Assembly (NCBI GenBank): GCA_046710875.1
Contig: JBKEHQ010000002.1
Coordinates: forward strand, 2,717-66,716
Source: Candidatus Thalassarchaeaceae archaeon
GTDB lineage: Archaea > Thermoplasmatota > Poseidoniia > Poseidoniales > Thalassarchaeaceae
DNA length: 64,000 bases
Direction: 5' to 3'
Shown: positions 49,044-57,601 of the stretch, piece by piece
Layout: each line of letters starts with the position of its first letter
How positions within the stretch are numbered: the stretch's first letter is position 1
The notes under the pieces: model-generated
The model's input: the letters and a program-made list of their open reading frames with translations, nothing else
Told to the model about the DNA's origin: nothing
Databases searched by the model: none
Program-made: the position numbers and the translations under genes

Positions 49044-50126
49044 TTACAATGAAGAAAATGGATTTATTTCCTTCTTAGCCTTGATTTGATTTCTAATAAT
49101 TATTATTATAGAAATTAATGCTCCAATTATTCCGCCTATTGTGCCTATACTTGCCATAACAACTACGACAAATATCAATGCAAGGTACAACATAGATACC
49201 CAAAATGAACGTGCAGCAGTAGGTATTCTGCCAGTTTCATCTTTCTTTTCGTTTAAATCTATTTTAAAAACCGTACTTGCATACCATGTTGAAAGTATCA
49301 CATTAGTCCAACAAAATATGTGAAATAGGTATTCATCAAATTCTAAATTATCCAAGGCAATAGGAGATAAAAATGATAACAAAACTAATACTAATGCATA
49401 AATCTTCATTGTAAACAATGTTTTTTCAGGGCCTTTAATTCCTGGCATCATTGGGACGCTAACCTTTTCATATTCTTCAGATCTATATAATGCTAGAGCC
49501 CAAAAATGAGGTGGTGTCCATAGAAAAATAAGTAAAAATAAAAACCATGGCATGAAACTACCTAATGAAAAAATAGAATCAAAAAAATTGATGACAGAAT
49601 CAGTTTCTATTGACAAATCATCCGATGCTGCTGCCCATCCTATAACTGGAGGCGTAGATCCCGCAATTCCTCCTATGACTATATTCTGTACTGTACTTCG
49701 TTTCAACCATGCCGTATAGATAAAAACATAAAAAATTATACTAAAACCAGCCCAAAAAGCTGCAACTTGATTTGCCATAACAACAAACCACGCAACTCCT
49801 ATTATCGAAATAAAAACTCCAAAGATTAAAGCATTATTGGGTGAAACCTTTCCACTAGGAATTGCCCTATTAGAAGTCCTCCTCATTATAGGATCAATAT
49901 CTCTATCATACCACATATTAATTGCATTAGCACCCCCTGCTGTCAAATATCCTCCAATAAAAACTACTAACATCTTAACCAATGTTTCTATTATTTGTTG
50001 AAAAGAAAAATTATATTGTTCTAATAAATCGTGAGATAAAACTGAACATAAAGCAGTGATTTGAAGTAGGACTACCACTTTAGGTTTAGTAAGGCTAAAG
50101 TATGATTTTATCATAGTCACGCACAA
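49044..50126 (-). CDS. ctaB: protoheme IX farnesyltransferase (heme O synthase)
   Basis: UbiA-family polytopic protein with GGANAINMWYDRDIDPIMRRT (NxxxDxxxD) and the second Asp-rich region. It is adjacent to ctaA. The ATG at 50114 (MIKSYFSLTKPKV) is more likely than the TTG track start. Confidence 0.85.
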   Translation of the reverse strand: MCVTMIKSYFSLTKPKVVVLLQITALCSVLSHDLLEQYNFSFQQIIETLVKMLVVFIGGYLTAGGANAINMWYDRDIDPIMRRTSNRAIPSGKVSPNNALIFGVFISIIGVAWFVVMANQVAAFWAGFSIIFYVFIYTAWLKRSTVQNIVIGGIAGSTPPVIGWAAASDDLSIETDSVINFFDSIFSLGSFMPWFLFLLIFLWTPPHFWALALYRSEEYEKVSVPMMPGIKGPEKTLFTMKIYALVLVLLSFLSPIALDNLEFDEYLFHIFCWTNVILSTWYASTVFKIDLNEKKDETGRIPTAARSFWVSMLYLALIFVVVVMASIGTIGGIIGALISIIIIIRNQIKAKKEINPFSSL

Positions 50127-50156
50127 CTCTCCATTCCTACCTGTAACAATTTGCCT

Positions 50157-51212
50157 TTAGTCTTCAGGTATAATGATATCATTTTTAACATTTAATCGAG
50201 GTATTAAAAAACCTATATATGCTGTTGCAATTAATAAAAATGAACTTGATGCCAAAAGGAGATGTATTAATGATAATACTTCAATGAAATAGCCATCAGG
50301 TGTCCAAGAAATTATATATAGCCCTCCAAGCAGTATATTTAGTAAATAAATTCCTGTAGATATCAATACCCATTTCTTCAAAATTAAACTATCTTCATCA
50401 TTTTGTTGTAAAATTAAGTATGAATATCGAATTAATATTATGCCGACTAAAGCAACAAGCCAACGGTGTATCATTTGCGACTGTTCGACTATATTGGAAA
50501 TTGAAGATATTAATTCATTATTGCATAAAGGCCATGATTGGTAGAATCCATTTACCCCACAACCATTATTTGCACCGGGAGAGGTCGATACCAATGTACC
50601 TGAAAATAATGTAAGTAATGTCAATGAAGACATGAATAGTATTTTATTTCTCCATAAATTTGATACTTTGGTGGAGAAAGTGAACCAATCAGTCCTATCT
50701 TCCTTTGCTAGTATCATCCAAATCCATATTAAACTTAGCATAAATACTAATGCGGAGCCCAAATGCAATATCACACTCCAATGTTCATTATCCATTTTTA
50801 CTGTTAACATTCCAATTGCGCCCTGCCAAATAATGAGTGCAAATGAAATTGTAGTTGATATTCGAATTTCCTTTTTATAATTATTTTTCCATCTTGCTAA
50901 ACCCCAATTAAGAATTACAAGGGGGCCTAAGATAAATCCAGCTAAAAATCTATGAATCCATTCAGTAAAAATTTCAAAAGTTGTATATCTGTGCCATTTC
51001 CCTCGCGAATCTATTTCATCTGGATTTTCATTATACCATTCTTCTTGTTCATTTTCTGATATATCAAATCCTAATGATCCAAAACATTTTGGCCAATCTG
51101 GACAAGATTCTCCCGCATCATATATTCGAATAACTCCTCCGAGATTGATGACTAAAATTGTTACTAAAATTAATAACTTAGTCAAATTTTTTATTTTTAT
51201 TTGACTATCCAA
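50157..51212 (-). CDS. ctaA: heme A synthase (COX15/CtaA family)
   Basis: 351-aa polytopic protein with conserved His-containing helices (EWIHRFLAG, SVILHLGSA, MIHRWLVA, LIHLLLAS) and Cys pairs in the extracytoplasmic loops (CPDWPKC, CGVNG...PLC). Located upstream of ctaB. Confidence 0.75.
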   Translation of the reverse strand: MDSQIKIKNLTKLLILVTILVINLGGVIRIYDAGESCPDWPKCFGSLGFDISENEQEEWYNENPDEIDSRGKWHRYTTFEIFTEWIHRFLAGFILGPLVILNWGLARWKNNYKKEIRISTTISFALIIWQGAIGMLTVKMDNEHWSVILHLGSALVFMLSLIWIWMILAKEDRTDWFTFSTKVSNLWRNKILFMSSLTLLTLFSGTLVSTSPGANNGCGVNGFYQSWPLCNNELISSISNIVEQSQMIHRWLVALVGIILIRYSYLILQQNDEDSLILKKWVLISTGIYLLNILLGGLYIISWTPDGYFIEVLSLIHLLLASSSFLLIATAYIGFLIPRLNVKNDIIIPED

Positions 51213-51251
51213 ATAGATACACTCCGAGCCACCGGTTCAATTTTATTAATT

Positions 51252-51506
51252 TTAATCAAGGTGAGGGTCGACATCAATCGGTATTCTTTCTTGCTCATAT
51301 TCAAGCATTGCAATTTTCATAGGATCAAGAACAACTCTTTCTTTTGCATCCTCTACGCCATAAAGTTGGACTAACTCATCATTAAAACTTTCTCGCAACT
51401 CCTCTTCACTAACGTAAAGTGGGGCTCCCATGCTTATTTGAAGCGCTCTAGCACCTATTATTCGTGCTTTTTCAAAGCGTGTGTGGGGTTTCAGTGGCTT
51501 AACCAT
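51252..51506 (-). CDS. rpoK: DNA-directed RNA polymerase subunit K (Rpo6 / omega homologue)
   Basis: 84 aa. [24 protein letters not shown] is the conserved RpoK/Rpb6 core. Confidence 0.85.
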   Translation of the reverse strand: MVKPLKPHTRFEKARIIGARALQISMGAPLYVSEEELRESFNDELVQLYGVEDAKERVVLDPMKIAMLEYEQERIPIDVDPHLD

Positions 51507-51575
51507 CTTGCCGACCCACTAACAACTCCCAAATAAGGGCTATGACTGTGAGTTTTCTTGGATAATCATATTTTA

Positions 51576-52739
51576 TCAAAAATTTCTATCTATGAGCATT
51601 GCGACAGCATTTCCTCCGCCGAGACAAATAGTTACAATTCCTAATTTCCCCGCAGTTCTTTCTAATGCGTTTACTAATGTCATCAAACATCTGGTCCCAG
51701 TGGCACCTAATGGATGTCCAATTGCAACAGCACCGCCATGCGGGTTGAATTTTTCTTCAGGAATATTCAACTCTTTTTGGACCGCGCAAGAAGCAGCAGC
51801 AAAAGCTTCATTATGTTCTAATATATCTATGTCCCCAATCTTAAGTGAATTCCTACTAAGTAACATTTCTACTGCATATATTGGCGCAGACATGACCTTT
51901 TCTGGCGCAACTCCTGAAGTCACATAGTCAATTATTCTGGCAATAACTGGGAGATTATGTTTTTCGACTGCTTCGTTTGAAGCAATTAACACTGCTGAAG
52001 CACCATCGGATAACTGACTAGCATTTCCCGCAGTCACTTGACCATCGATATTAAATATTGTTCTCAAATTACTAAGCCTTTCCATGTTTGTACTGGGACG
52101 TATTCCTTCGTCCTCAATTATGCCATTTACTTCAAAAGTTTCACTGTTTAACCATCCTTGGTTCCATGCATTGTTAGCAAGAAAATGAGATTTTACAGCA
52201 AATTCATCAGATTTTTCTCTTGTTATATTAAAATCTTTTGCAACAGTTTCACCGGTATTTCCCATCATTTCTCCTGAATATGCATCCTTCAACCCATCAT
52301 TGGATAGTATTGATTCTAAATCAGAAAAATTGAATGAACTTTCTTTAGATGGTTTTCTAATAAAATAAGGTGCATTGCTCATTGACTCCATTCCTCCAGC
52401 AATTATGAGATCAGCCATCTTGGATCGAATTTCCGTTGCACCTATCATTACTGCTTTCAAACTTGAACCACAAACTTTGTTTATTGTAGTACATGGCGTT
52501 TGAAATGGCATTCCTGCATTTAATGCGGCCTGTCTAGCAGGTGCCTGGCCTACTCCTGCTTGCAATACTTGACCCATGTATACTTGATCTATGAAATTAT
52601 TTTTTGGATCAATATTTGACCTTTTAAATATCTCTTTTATGACCATTGTTCCAAGTTCTGTGGCACTGTATTTAGACAATGACCCTCGAAATTTTCCAAC
52701 AGGAGTTCTTGCATACGCGCATATGTTTACTCCTTCCAT
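51576..52739 (-). CDS. acetyl-CoA C-acetyltransferase (thiolase II)
   Basis: From the ATG at 52739: MEGVNICAYARTPVGKFRG. Active-site Cys KVCGSSLKA, then NEAFAA, GGAVAIGHPLGATG and CLGGGNAVA. The track start at 52820 would overlap the TDO gene and adds a non-homologous extension. Confidence 0.88.
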   Translation of the reverse strand: MEGVNICAYARTPVGKFRGSLSKYSATELGTMVIKEIFKRSNIDPKNNFIDQVYMGQVLQAGVGQAPARQAALNAGMPFQTPCTTINKVCGSSLKAVMIGATEIRSKMADLIIAGGMESMSNAPYFIRKPSKESSFNFSDLESILSNDGLKDAYSGEMMGNTGETVAKDFNITREKSDEFAVKSHFLANNAWNQGWLNSETFEVNGIIEDEGIRPSTNMERLSNLRTIFNIDGQVTAGNASQLSDGASAVLIASNEAVEKHNLPVIARIIDYVTSGVAPEKVMSAPIYAVEMLLSRNSLKIGDIDILEHNEAFAAASCAVQKELNIPEEKFNPHGGAVAIGHPLGATGTRCLMTLVNALERTAGKLGIVTICLGGGNAVAMLIDRNF

Positions 52740-52791
52740 AAATGGTCCGAAAAGAACATTGGTATTCAATAGTACGATTGATATTATATAT

Positions 52792-53865
52792 TCAAATCTT
52801 CGAGTCAGAATTATAACCATAAAATTCGGAGTTTTTCAATTCAGGTCTATTTTGAGGTTTTATCAAAATAGTCCTTACTCCCCATAAATCTTTGAAGATA
52901 CGGTATTTACTAGTCTCATCTAAATAATCAACCCCACTTGACCCTCCAGTGCCTACTCTTCTCCCCATTATTCTCTCAACCATTCTAGCATGCGAATGCC
53001 ACCACTTTCCAATCGACTCTTCTAATTCAACAATTGCATCAATTAATTTTCTTGGCCAAGTTAGTAATGGTAATTCACGATATGACTCTATGAATAATAA
53101 ACCAGCCCTAGTTCTACTTACTTTACCATCTGGTTTTAGGAAATCAATGGCACTTTTATGGCCCATTTCTATCCTTTCAACCATTCTTGTATTTGGATCA
53201 TTTTTACCATAGAGACTTTCTCCATGATTTTTATGAGATTCTAAATGTTCATTTACATAATCTTCAACATTCCTTTCGTCGTTTTCGCTGCCATAAACAG
53301 ATCCCATTATCGGCGTCCTTTCAATCCAATCCATCAACGAATCTACTAATGATTTTTGGCTCATCAAATCTTCTAAACGATTTAATATTACAGTAGCTTC
53401 TTCATTATCTATTGCTGCTTTCCTAAATCCTTCTATGGGATCCATTCCTCCCAATCTGTCCTCATTTTTTAATCCGAGAAGTATTTCAAATTCTCTCATT
53501 TGATATGATTCAAATCCTGAAGCAGTACCCAATCCATCTCTAAATGATAAAAATCCCTGAGGAGACAAAGTTTCTAACACTCCCCATTGATTTGCCATTA
53601 GTCTAAATATTTCTGTAGTTCGCCCTAAATGATCTACGGATAGAGGAATATCAATCTCCGAAACATTATTTTGATCAAGTATATTACGTACTTCGATAAG
53701 CTCAGTAATAATCTGTTTGAACCACAATTCAAAAGTTTGATGGACTATGATAAAATGCATCTCATCATTTGAAACTCCTCTTTCTTCAGCCTGAAGTTTT
53801 AATAAAGCAGGTAGTTGTAAATATTCACCATAAGTCCAATTTTTACTCTCCGGGTTACCACTCAT
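52792..53865 (-). CDS. kynA: tryptophan 2,3-dioxygenase
   Basis: YGEYLQLPALLKLQ......DEMHFIIVHQTFELWFKQ (the TDO N-terminal signature including the distal His region), then ...GTASGFESYQMREFE... and ...HSHARMVERIMGRRVGTGGSSGVDYL (proximal His / GTGGSSG). Confidence 0.8.
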   Translation of the reverse strand: MSGNPESKNWTYGEYLQLPALLKLQAEERGVSNDEMHFIIVHQTFELWFKQIITELIEVRNILDQNNVSEIDIPLSVDHLGRTTEIFRLMANQWGVLETLSPQGFLSFRDGLGTASGFESYQMREFEILLGLKNEDRLGGMDPIEGFRKAAIDNEEATVILNRLEDLMSQKSLVDSLMDWIERTPIMGSVYGSENDERNVEDYVNEHLESHKNHGESLYGKNDPNTRMVERIEMGHKSAIDFLKPDGKVSRTRAGLLFIESYRELPLLTWPRKLIDAIVELEESIGKWWHSHARMVERIMGRRVGTGGSSGVDYLDETSKYRIFKDLWGVRTILIKPQNRPELKNSEFYGYNSDSKI

Positions 53866-53877
53866 GACCCCCGGATT

Positions 53878-54534
53878 ATGTTTCGGTTTGAAGTATTACC
53901 CCTTTTTAGAAAGTTACAAATGCAATCTACTATCCTAATAGGTACACGGGAGAGAAGAGTTTTGATAGAAAAAAAATTTAATTATGAACTTCCATATCCA
54001 ATTTTAATGATTGATGGCAATCTTGAATTACATCAAATGACCATTGAACATAAAGAAGAACTTTTTTTATTAATTGATAATAACCGTAATTATCTCAGAA
54101 AATGGTTACCTTGGGTAGATGATATTAAATCAGTTTTAGACGAAGAAAATTTCATAAAAAGTACTTTGAATGATTATTCTCAGGGACGAGGAATTCACTA
54201 TGAAATAGTACATGATGGGCAAATTGTAGGCAATATAGGTTTAAATTGGATTGATTACAATAATCGCTCCTGTGGAGTTGGCTATTGGCTGGCTGAAAAA
54301 TATACTGGTAATGGCATAATAACAAAATGTTGCAAACGTCTAATGGAACATTGTTTTTATGACCTAAATTTTCATCGTTTTGTCTTGGAAGTTGCAGTTA
54401 ATAATACGCCGAGTATAAAAGTTGCAAATAGATTAGGAATGCGTCTAGAAGGAAAATCTATAGATAGAGAATGGTTATATGACCATTTCACTGATTCTTT
54501 ATTATATGCAATAACGATTGTTGAAATTAATTAA
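53878..54534 (+). CDS. GNAT family N-acetyltransferase (RimJ/RimL-like)
   Basis: The region ...VGNIGLNWIDYNNRSCGVGYWLAEKYTGNGIITKCCKRLMEHCF...HRFVLEVAVNNTPSIKVANRLGMRLEG fits the GNAT motif A/B. The true start is probably an internal Met (for example M44, MIDGNLELHQM). Confidence 0.7.
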   Translation: MFRFEVLPLFRKLQMQSTILIGTRERRVLIEKKFNYELPYPILMIDGNLELHQMTIEHKEELFLLIDNNRNYLRKWLPWVDDIKSVLDEENFIKSTLNDYSQGRGIHYEIVHDGQIVGNIGLNWIDYNNRSCGVGYWLAEKYTGNGIITKCCKRLMEHCFYDLNFHRFVLEVAVNNTPSIKVANRLGMRLEGKSIDREWLYDHFTDSLLYAITIVEIN

Positions 54535-56705
54535 GGGATCAGGCCGTGATTTTGTATTGAGCATCCGCCGGGAGGTAAACAGGATAATACATCATCTTGA
54601 GATAGGCCAGTCATTTTGGCAATTTTATTTGCTATTGTTTCCTTTTTTTCTTTGCTAGGAATTATTTTAGCCCAGCGAGGAAAAATCTTTGATATCGTTT
54701 CTGCAGTTCCTACTATGGGTAATGGTACTCCATTTATTACACCAATTCCCATTCCCAATTCAAGCTTTATGTCCTTGTACCAATTTCGTTTTCCTCTCAC
54801 AACAAAAGATCCTCTGCCCAAAGATTCTCCACTTTCTGTAGTCTTTGATACTTGACTTGGTCTTGCATGAAATACGGTTGCTGAAGCATTACCGCTCCCC
54901 CACGCTCTTGACCAACAAACAGCAAGTTGTGCTGCCTCTTGATGCGTTTCAGTTGGTAATTCACGTGCATCTTCAATTCCTCCAGATATATTTTGCACTA
55001 TCTTAAGAGACATGACTCCTTCTGGTATATTGTCAGAAGTAAAATCATTTACTTCAAAACCTTCATTTAATTTTAGTGAACATGATGGCGCTCCGTGAAG
55101 GTCTGCGTGAAAATATAGGTCATTCGAACTTAGATGTTTTTTTACTATATTGTCATTTCCTTTTGCATCATTGCCACCAATTATTAAATTTCCATTCGCC
55201 AATATTCCCCAGCGAAATTTTTCAAACCAAAATTTCTTGTTTCTTTTTGAGCTTTTAAGTCTACCTGCAGCTGCATTTTTTGCAGCCCTTTTTTCTTCCA
55301 TATTCTTAGATGATTCTGTATTTTCTAAGGCCTTTTTTGCGCCTATGGCTTTATTTTTCTGCGATCTAGCATCTTCAAAATATCTTTGTGCATTTTGATG
55401 GACATTTTTATCAACTTCTAAAGTTATGCTCGCACCAGGATCACCATCCTCGTCGGGGAGGTATGCAACTATAGTTCGTTTAGCAGGATTTATTTTACCG
55501 ATCCAAGATATATTTTTTAATTTAATCTCTATTGATTGCCAACTTTCGTTTTTAATTGCAATATTGAATTGTCCAAGAATATCGTCAACATGGCCCCAAT
55601 TATCTTGAATTGATTTGCCAAGTTCTTGGTTTATAGTGGCACGTTGTATGAATCTGTCTATTGCTAAACTTTGCTGCTCTGACCTTCTGGTTAATTTAGC
55701 CCTTCTCTCGCCGTCCCCTTTCCCCGAACTTACTAATTTTTCTTCCTCACGCCTGATGAATGCCGCAGCATCATGAATCCCATAAATTAAATCAAAACAT
55801 GAGGAAAGAGATTCTATTTCAAAGATATTATTATTTTCTAAATAAGGAATATTTATTGGACATACTTCAATTATTGTCTCTGCTAACAAATCTCTGTCTT
55901 CTGTATCGGGGTTCAAATTTGTCCATTTTTCTAGGGAGGCTTTACTATCTAACCATATCTTAACCGTCTTGTTACTATCAAGTTCATTAACCATTAAATT
56001 TATTGATTTTTCCAAAGAATCTCTATCTTCTAGGGACAATAGATTGGAAATTATAGATTCTTCCAAATCAGCATTTGAGCATGCAATACTTCCATATAAA
56101 GCTCCAAAATTTGCCCTAACAGCAAGAGTTCTAATCAAATTATGCTCACTTTCATCTAATAATTGATCAAGCGCAATCCTATCTAATTTCCTAGGATTTA
56201 ATGAGGCAGGCGGAGTGGTATATTCTAGTCCCTTTTTTATTATTCTAGTTGAATAATTGACGTGAGTGAGTGGTTGAATAATTATTCCTGCACTGTCTAC
56301 TAATAACACGTTGCCATCTCTAAATAATTCTATTATTATCCTAATTTCACCTATTCCCCTTTCAAAAACAAGTTCTATTATTCTATCAAATCCATATTGA
56401 TTAACTTCCATAAGTCTAGCATTATTGAGGTGCTTTCTGATTAACATTGCAAACTGTGAAGGGTTTGATGGCATCGGCCTATCCCTTTGGGACGTGTATA
56501 TTCTCTTGCCTCTGACGATTACTAAATCTGTTGAGGGTAGGCCTTTTCGATTCATTTTCAGTACAATCTGCTCATAATGCGGCTGATATGCCTTTCTCAT
56601 TCTAGCGCCAATCATGGCTTCAAGCTCTTTTACAATCCTCGCGACATCGAAAGATGAGAACTTGTCGCGCATACCTATATCGCATCCTAATAAGAAGTCA
56701 TACAT
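54531..56705 (-). CDS. NFACT-family protein (archaeal Rqc2/NEMF/RqcH homologue, FbpA-N + DUF814)
   Basis: NFACT-N start FSSFDVARIVKELEAMIGARMRKAYQP, a central coiled coil, and the NFACT-R/DUF814 region GGNDAKGNDNIVKKHLSSNDLYFHADLHGAPSCSLK. An alternative start is the ATG at 56672. Confidence 0.8.
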   Translation of the reverse strand: MYDFLLGCDIGMRDKFSSFDVARIVKELEAMIGARMRKAYQPHYEQIVLKMNRKGLPSTDLVIVRGKRIYTSQRDRPMPSNPSQFAMLIRKHLNNARLMEVNQYGFDRIIELVFERGIGEIRIIIELFRDGNVLLVDSAGIIIQPLTHVNYSTRIIKKGLEYTTPPASLNPRKLDRIALDQLLDESEHNLIRTLAVRANFGALYGSIACSNADLEESIISNLLSLEDRDSLEKSINLMVNELDSNKTVKIWLDSKASLEKWTNLNPDTEDRDLLAETIIEVCPINIPYLENNNIFEIESLSSCFDLIYGIHDAAAFIRREEEKLVSSGKGDGERRAKLTRRSEQQSLAIDRFIQRATINQELGKSIQDNWGHVDDILGQFNIAIKNESWQSIEIKLKNISWIGKINPAKRTIVAYLPDEDGDPGASITLEVDKNVHQNAQRYFEDARSQKNKAIGAKKALENTESSKNMEEKRAAKNAAAGRLKSSKRNKKFWFEKFRWGILANGNLIIGGNDAKGNDNIVKKHLSSNDLYFHADLHGAPSCSLKLNEGFEVNDFTSDNIPEGVMSLKIVQNISGGIEDARELPTETHQEAAQLAVCWSRAWGSGNASATVFHARPSQVSKTTESGESLGRGSFVVRGKRNWYKDIKLELGMGIGVINGVPLPIVGTAETISKIFPRWAKIIPSKEKKETIANKIAKMTGLSQDDVLSCLPPGGCSIQNHGLIP

Positions 56706-56728
56706 CAGTCAATCGCTTGAATACTTTT

Positions 56729-57586
56729 TTATTCTATCAAATTATGGAAATTTTCAATTTCTTTCAAAACTTCAGATTCATGGGTATATTGATTGCTGGG
56801 AACATTAATCATGGTACAATTAGGCAATGAATCATTAATTCTATGGATCCCATCTATTGCGTGTAATTTATCTGATTCAGCACATAAAATCGCACAAGGG
56901 ATTAAAGTTTTTTCAAAATTTAAATTCATATTATATGTTATATTTGCCCTTGCCGATAGTAACATTCTCCAAAGATCTTGAGAATTAAACACCCTTCGAT
57001 ATCTTATCCGCTGCCCTTCTTCTTTGACTCTTTTTTCGACTGCGAATAATACTATTTTCGTTAATAATGGATACGTAAATTTAGGTACTGGAAACTTTAG
57101 GAATAAATTAGCCCATATTGGGGGCCTAAAATTTATATTTGGGCCAATTAGAATTGATGACCTTCCTCCGATTAGTTCTTTTTGATAACCATTTAGTAAT
57201 ATTGTGGAGCCCAATGATGAAGAAAACCAATCTATTTTTTCCTTTTTCAACTTTAAAAAATTAATAACTTTAAAAATATCTTTTGAATGAACATCCATCT
57301 CAAAATCTTTTTTTGTAATTTTTCTAGTTATCCTGGCACTTTTCTTCTCTCTTGTTTCTATGTATAGAATTGTTCTTCTTGAAGTCCATTCCGATAAAAG
57401 TGGCCTCCATCCTTCAAAAACCGACCCCCATCCGGGAATCATAACTAAAGTATTTTCAGATTCATTTATTGAATTCAAAGGAACCCATTTTAAAACTCTT
57501 AATGATACTTCGTCCTCAACATTTACATAAATTTCTGAGCACTTTGAACCTTCTAAGTAAGGAACGCCACCCCATTCCTCTTTCAC
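56729..57586 (-). CDS. alpha/beta-fold hydrolase
   Basis: 285 aa. An oxyanion-region LVMIPGWGS, a nucleophile-elbow-like FSSSLGST, and a late His (NQYTHES). Substrate unknown. Confidence 0.6.
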   Translation of the reverse strand: MKEEWGGVPYLEGSKCSEIYVNVEDEVSLRVLKWVPLNSINESENTLVMIPGWGSVFEGWRPLLSEWTSRRTILYIETREKKSARITRKITKKDFEMDVHSKDIFKVINFLKLKKEKIDWFSSSLGSTILLNGYQKELIGGRSSILIGPNINFRPPIWANLFLKFPVPKFTYPLLTKIVLFAVEKRVKEEGQRIRYRRVFNSQDLWRMLLSARANITYNMNLNFEKTLIPCAILCAESDKLHAIDGIHRINDSLPNCTMINVPSNQYTHESEVLKEIENFHNLIE

Positions 57587-57601
57587 AGTTTTTGCGAAGT
57601 G

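Noticed and set aside
52740-52820. N-terminal extension of the thiolase ORF
   Set aside because: It would overlap the upstream TDO gene by 29 nt and adds a hydrophobic non-homologous leader. The canonical thiolase N-terminus starts at the Met encoded at 52739.
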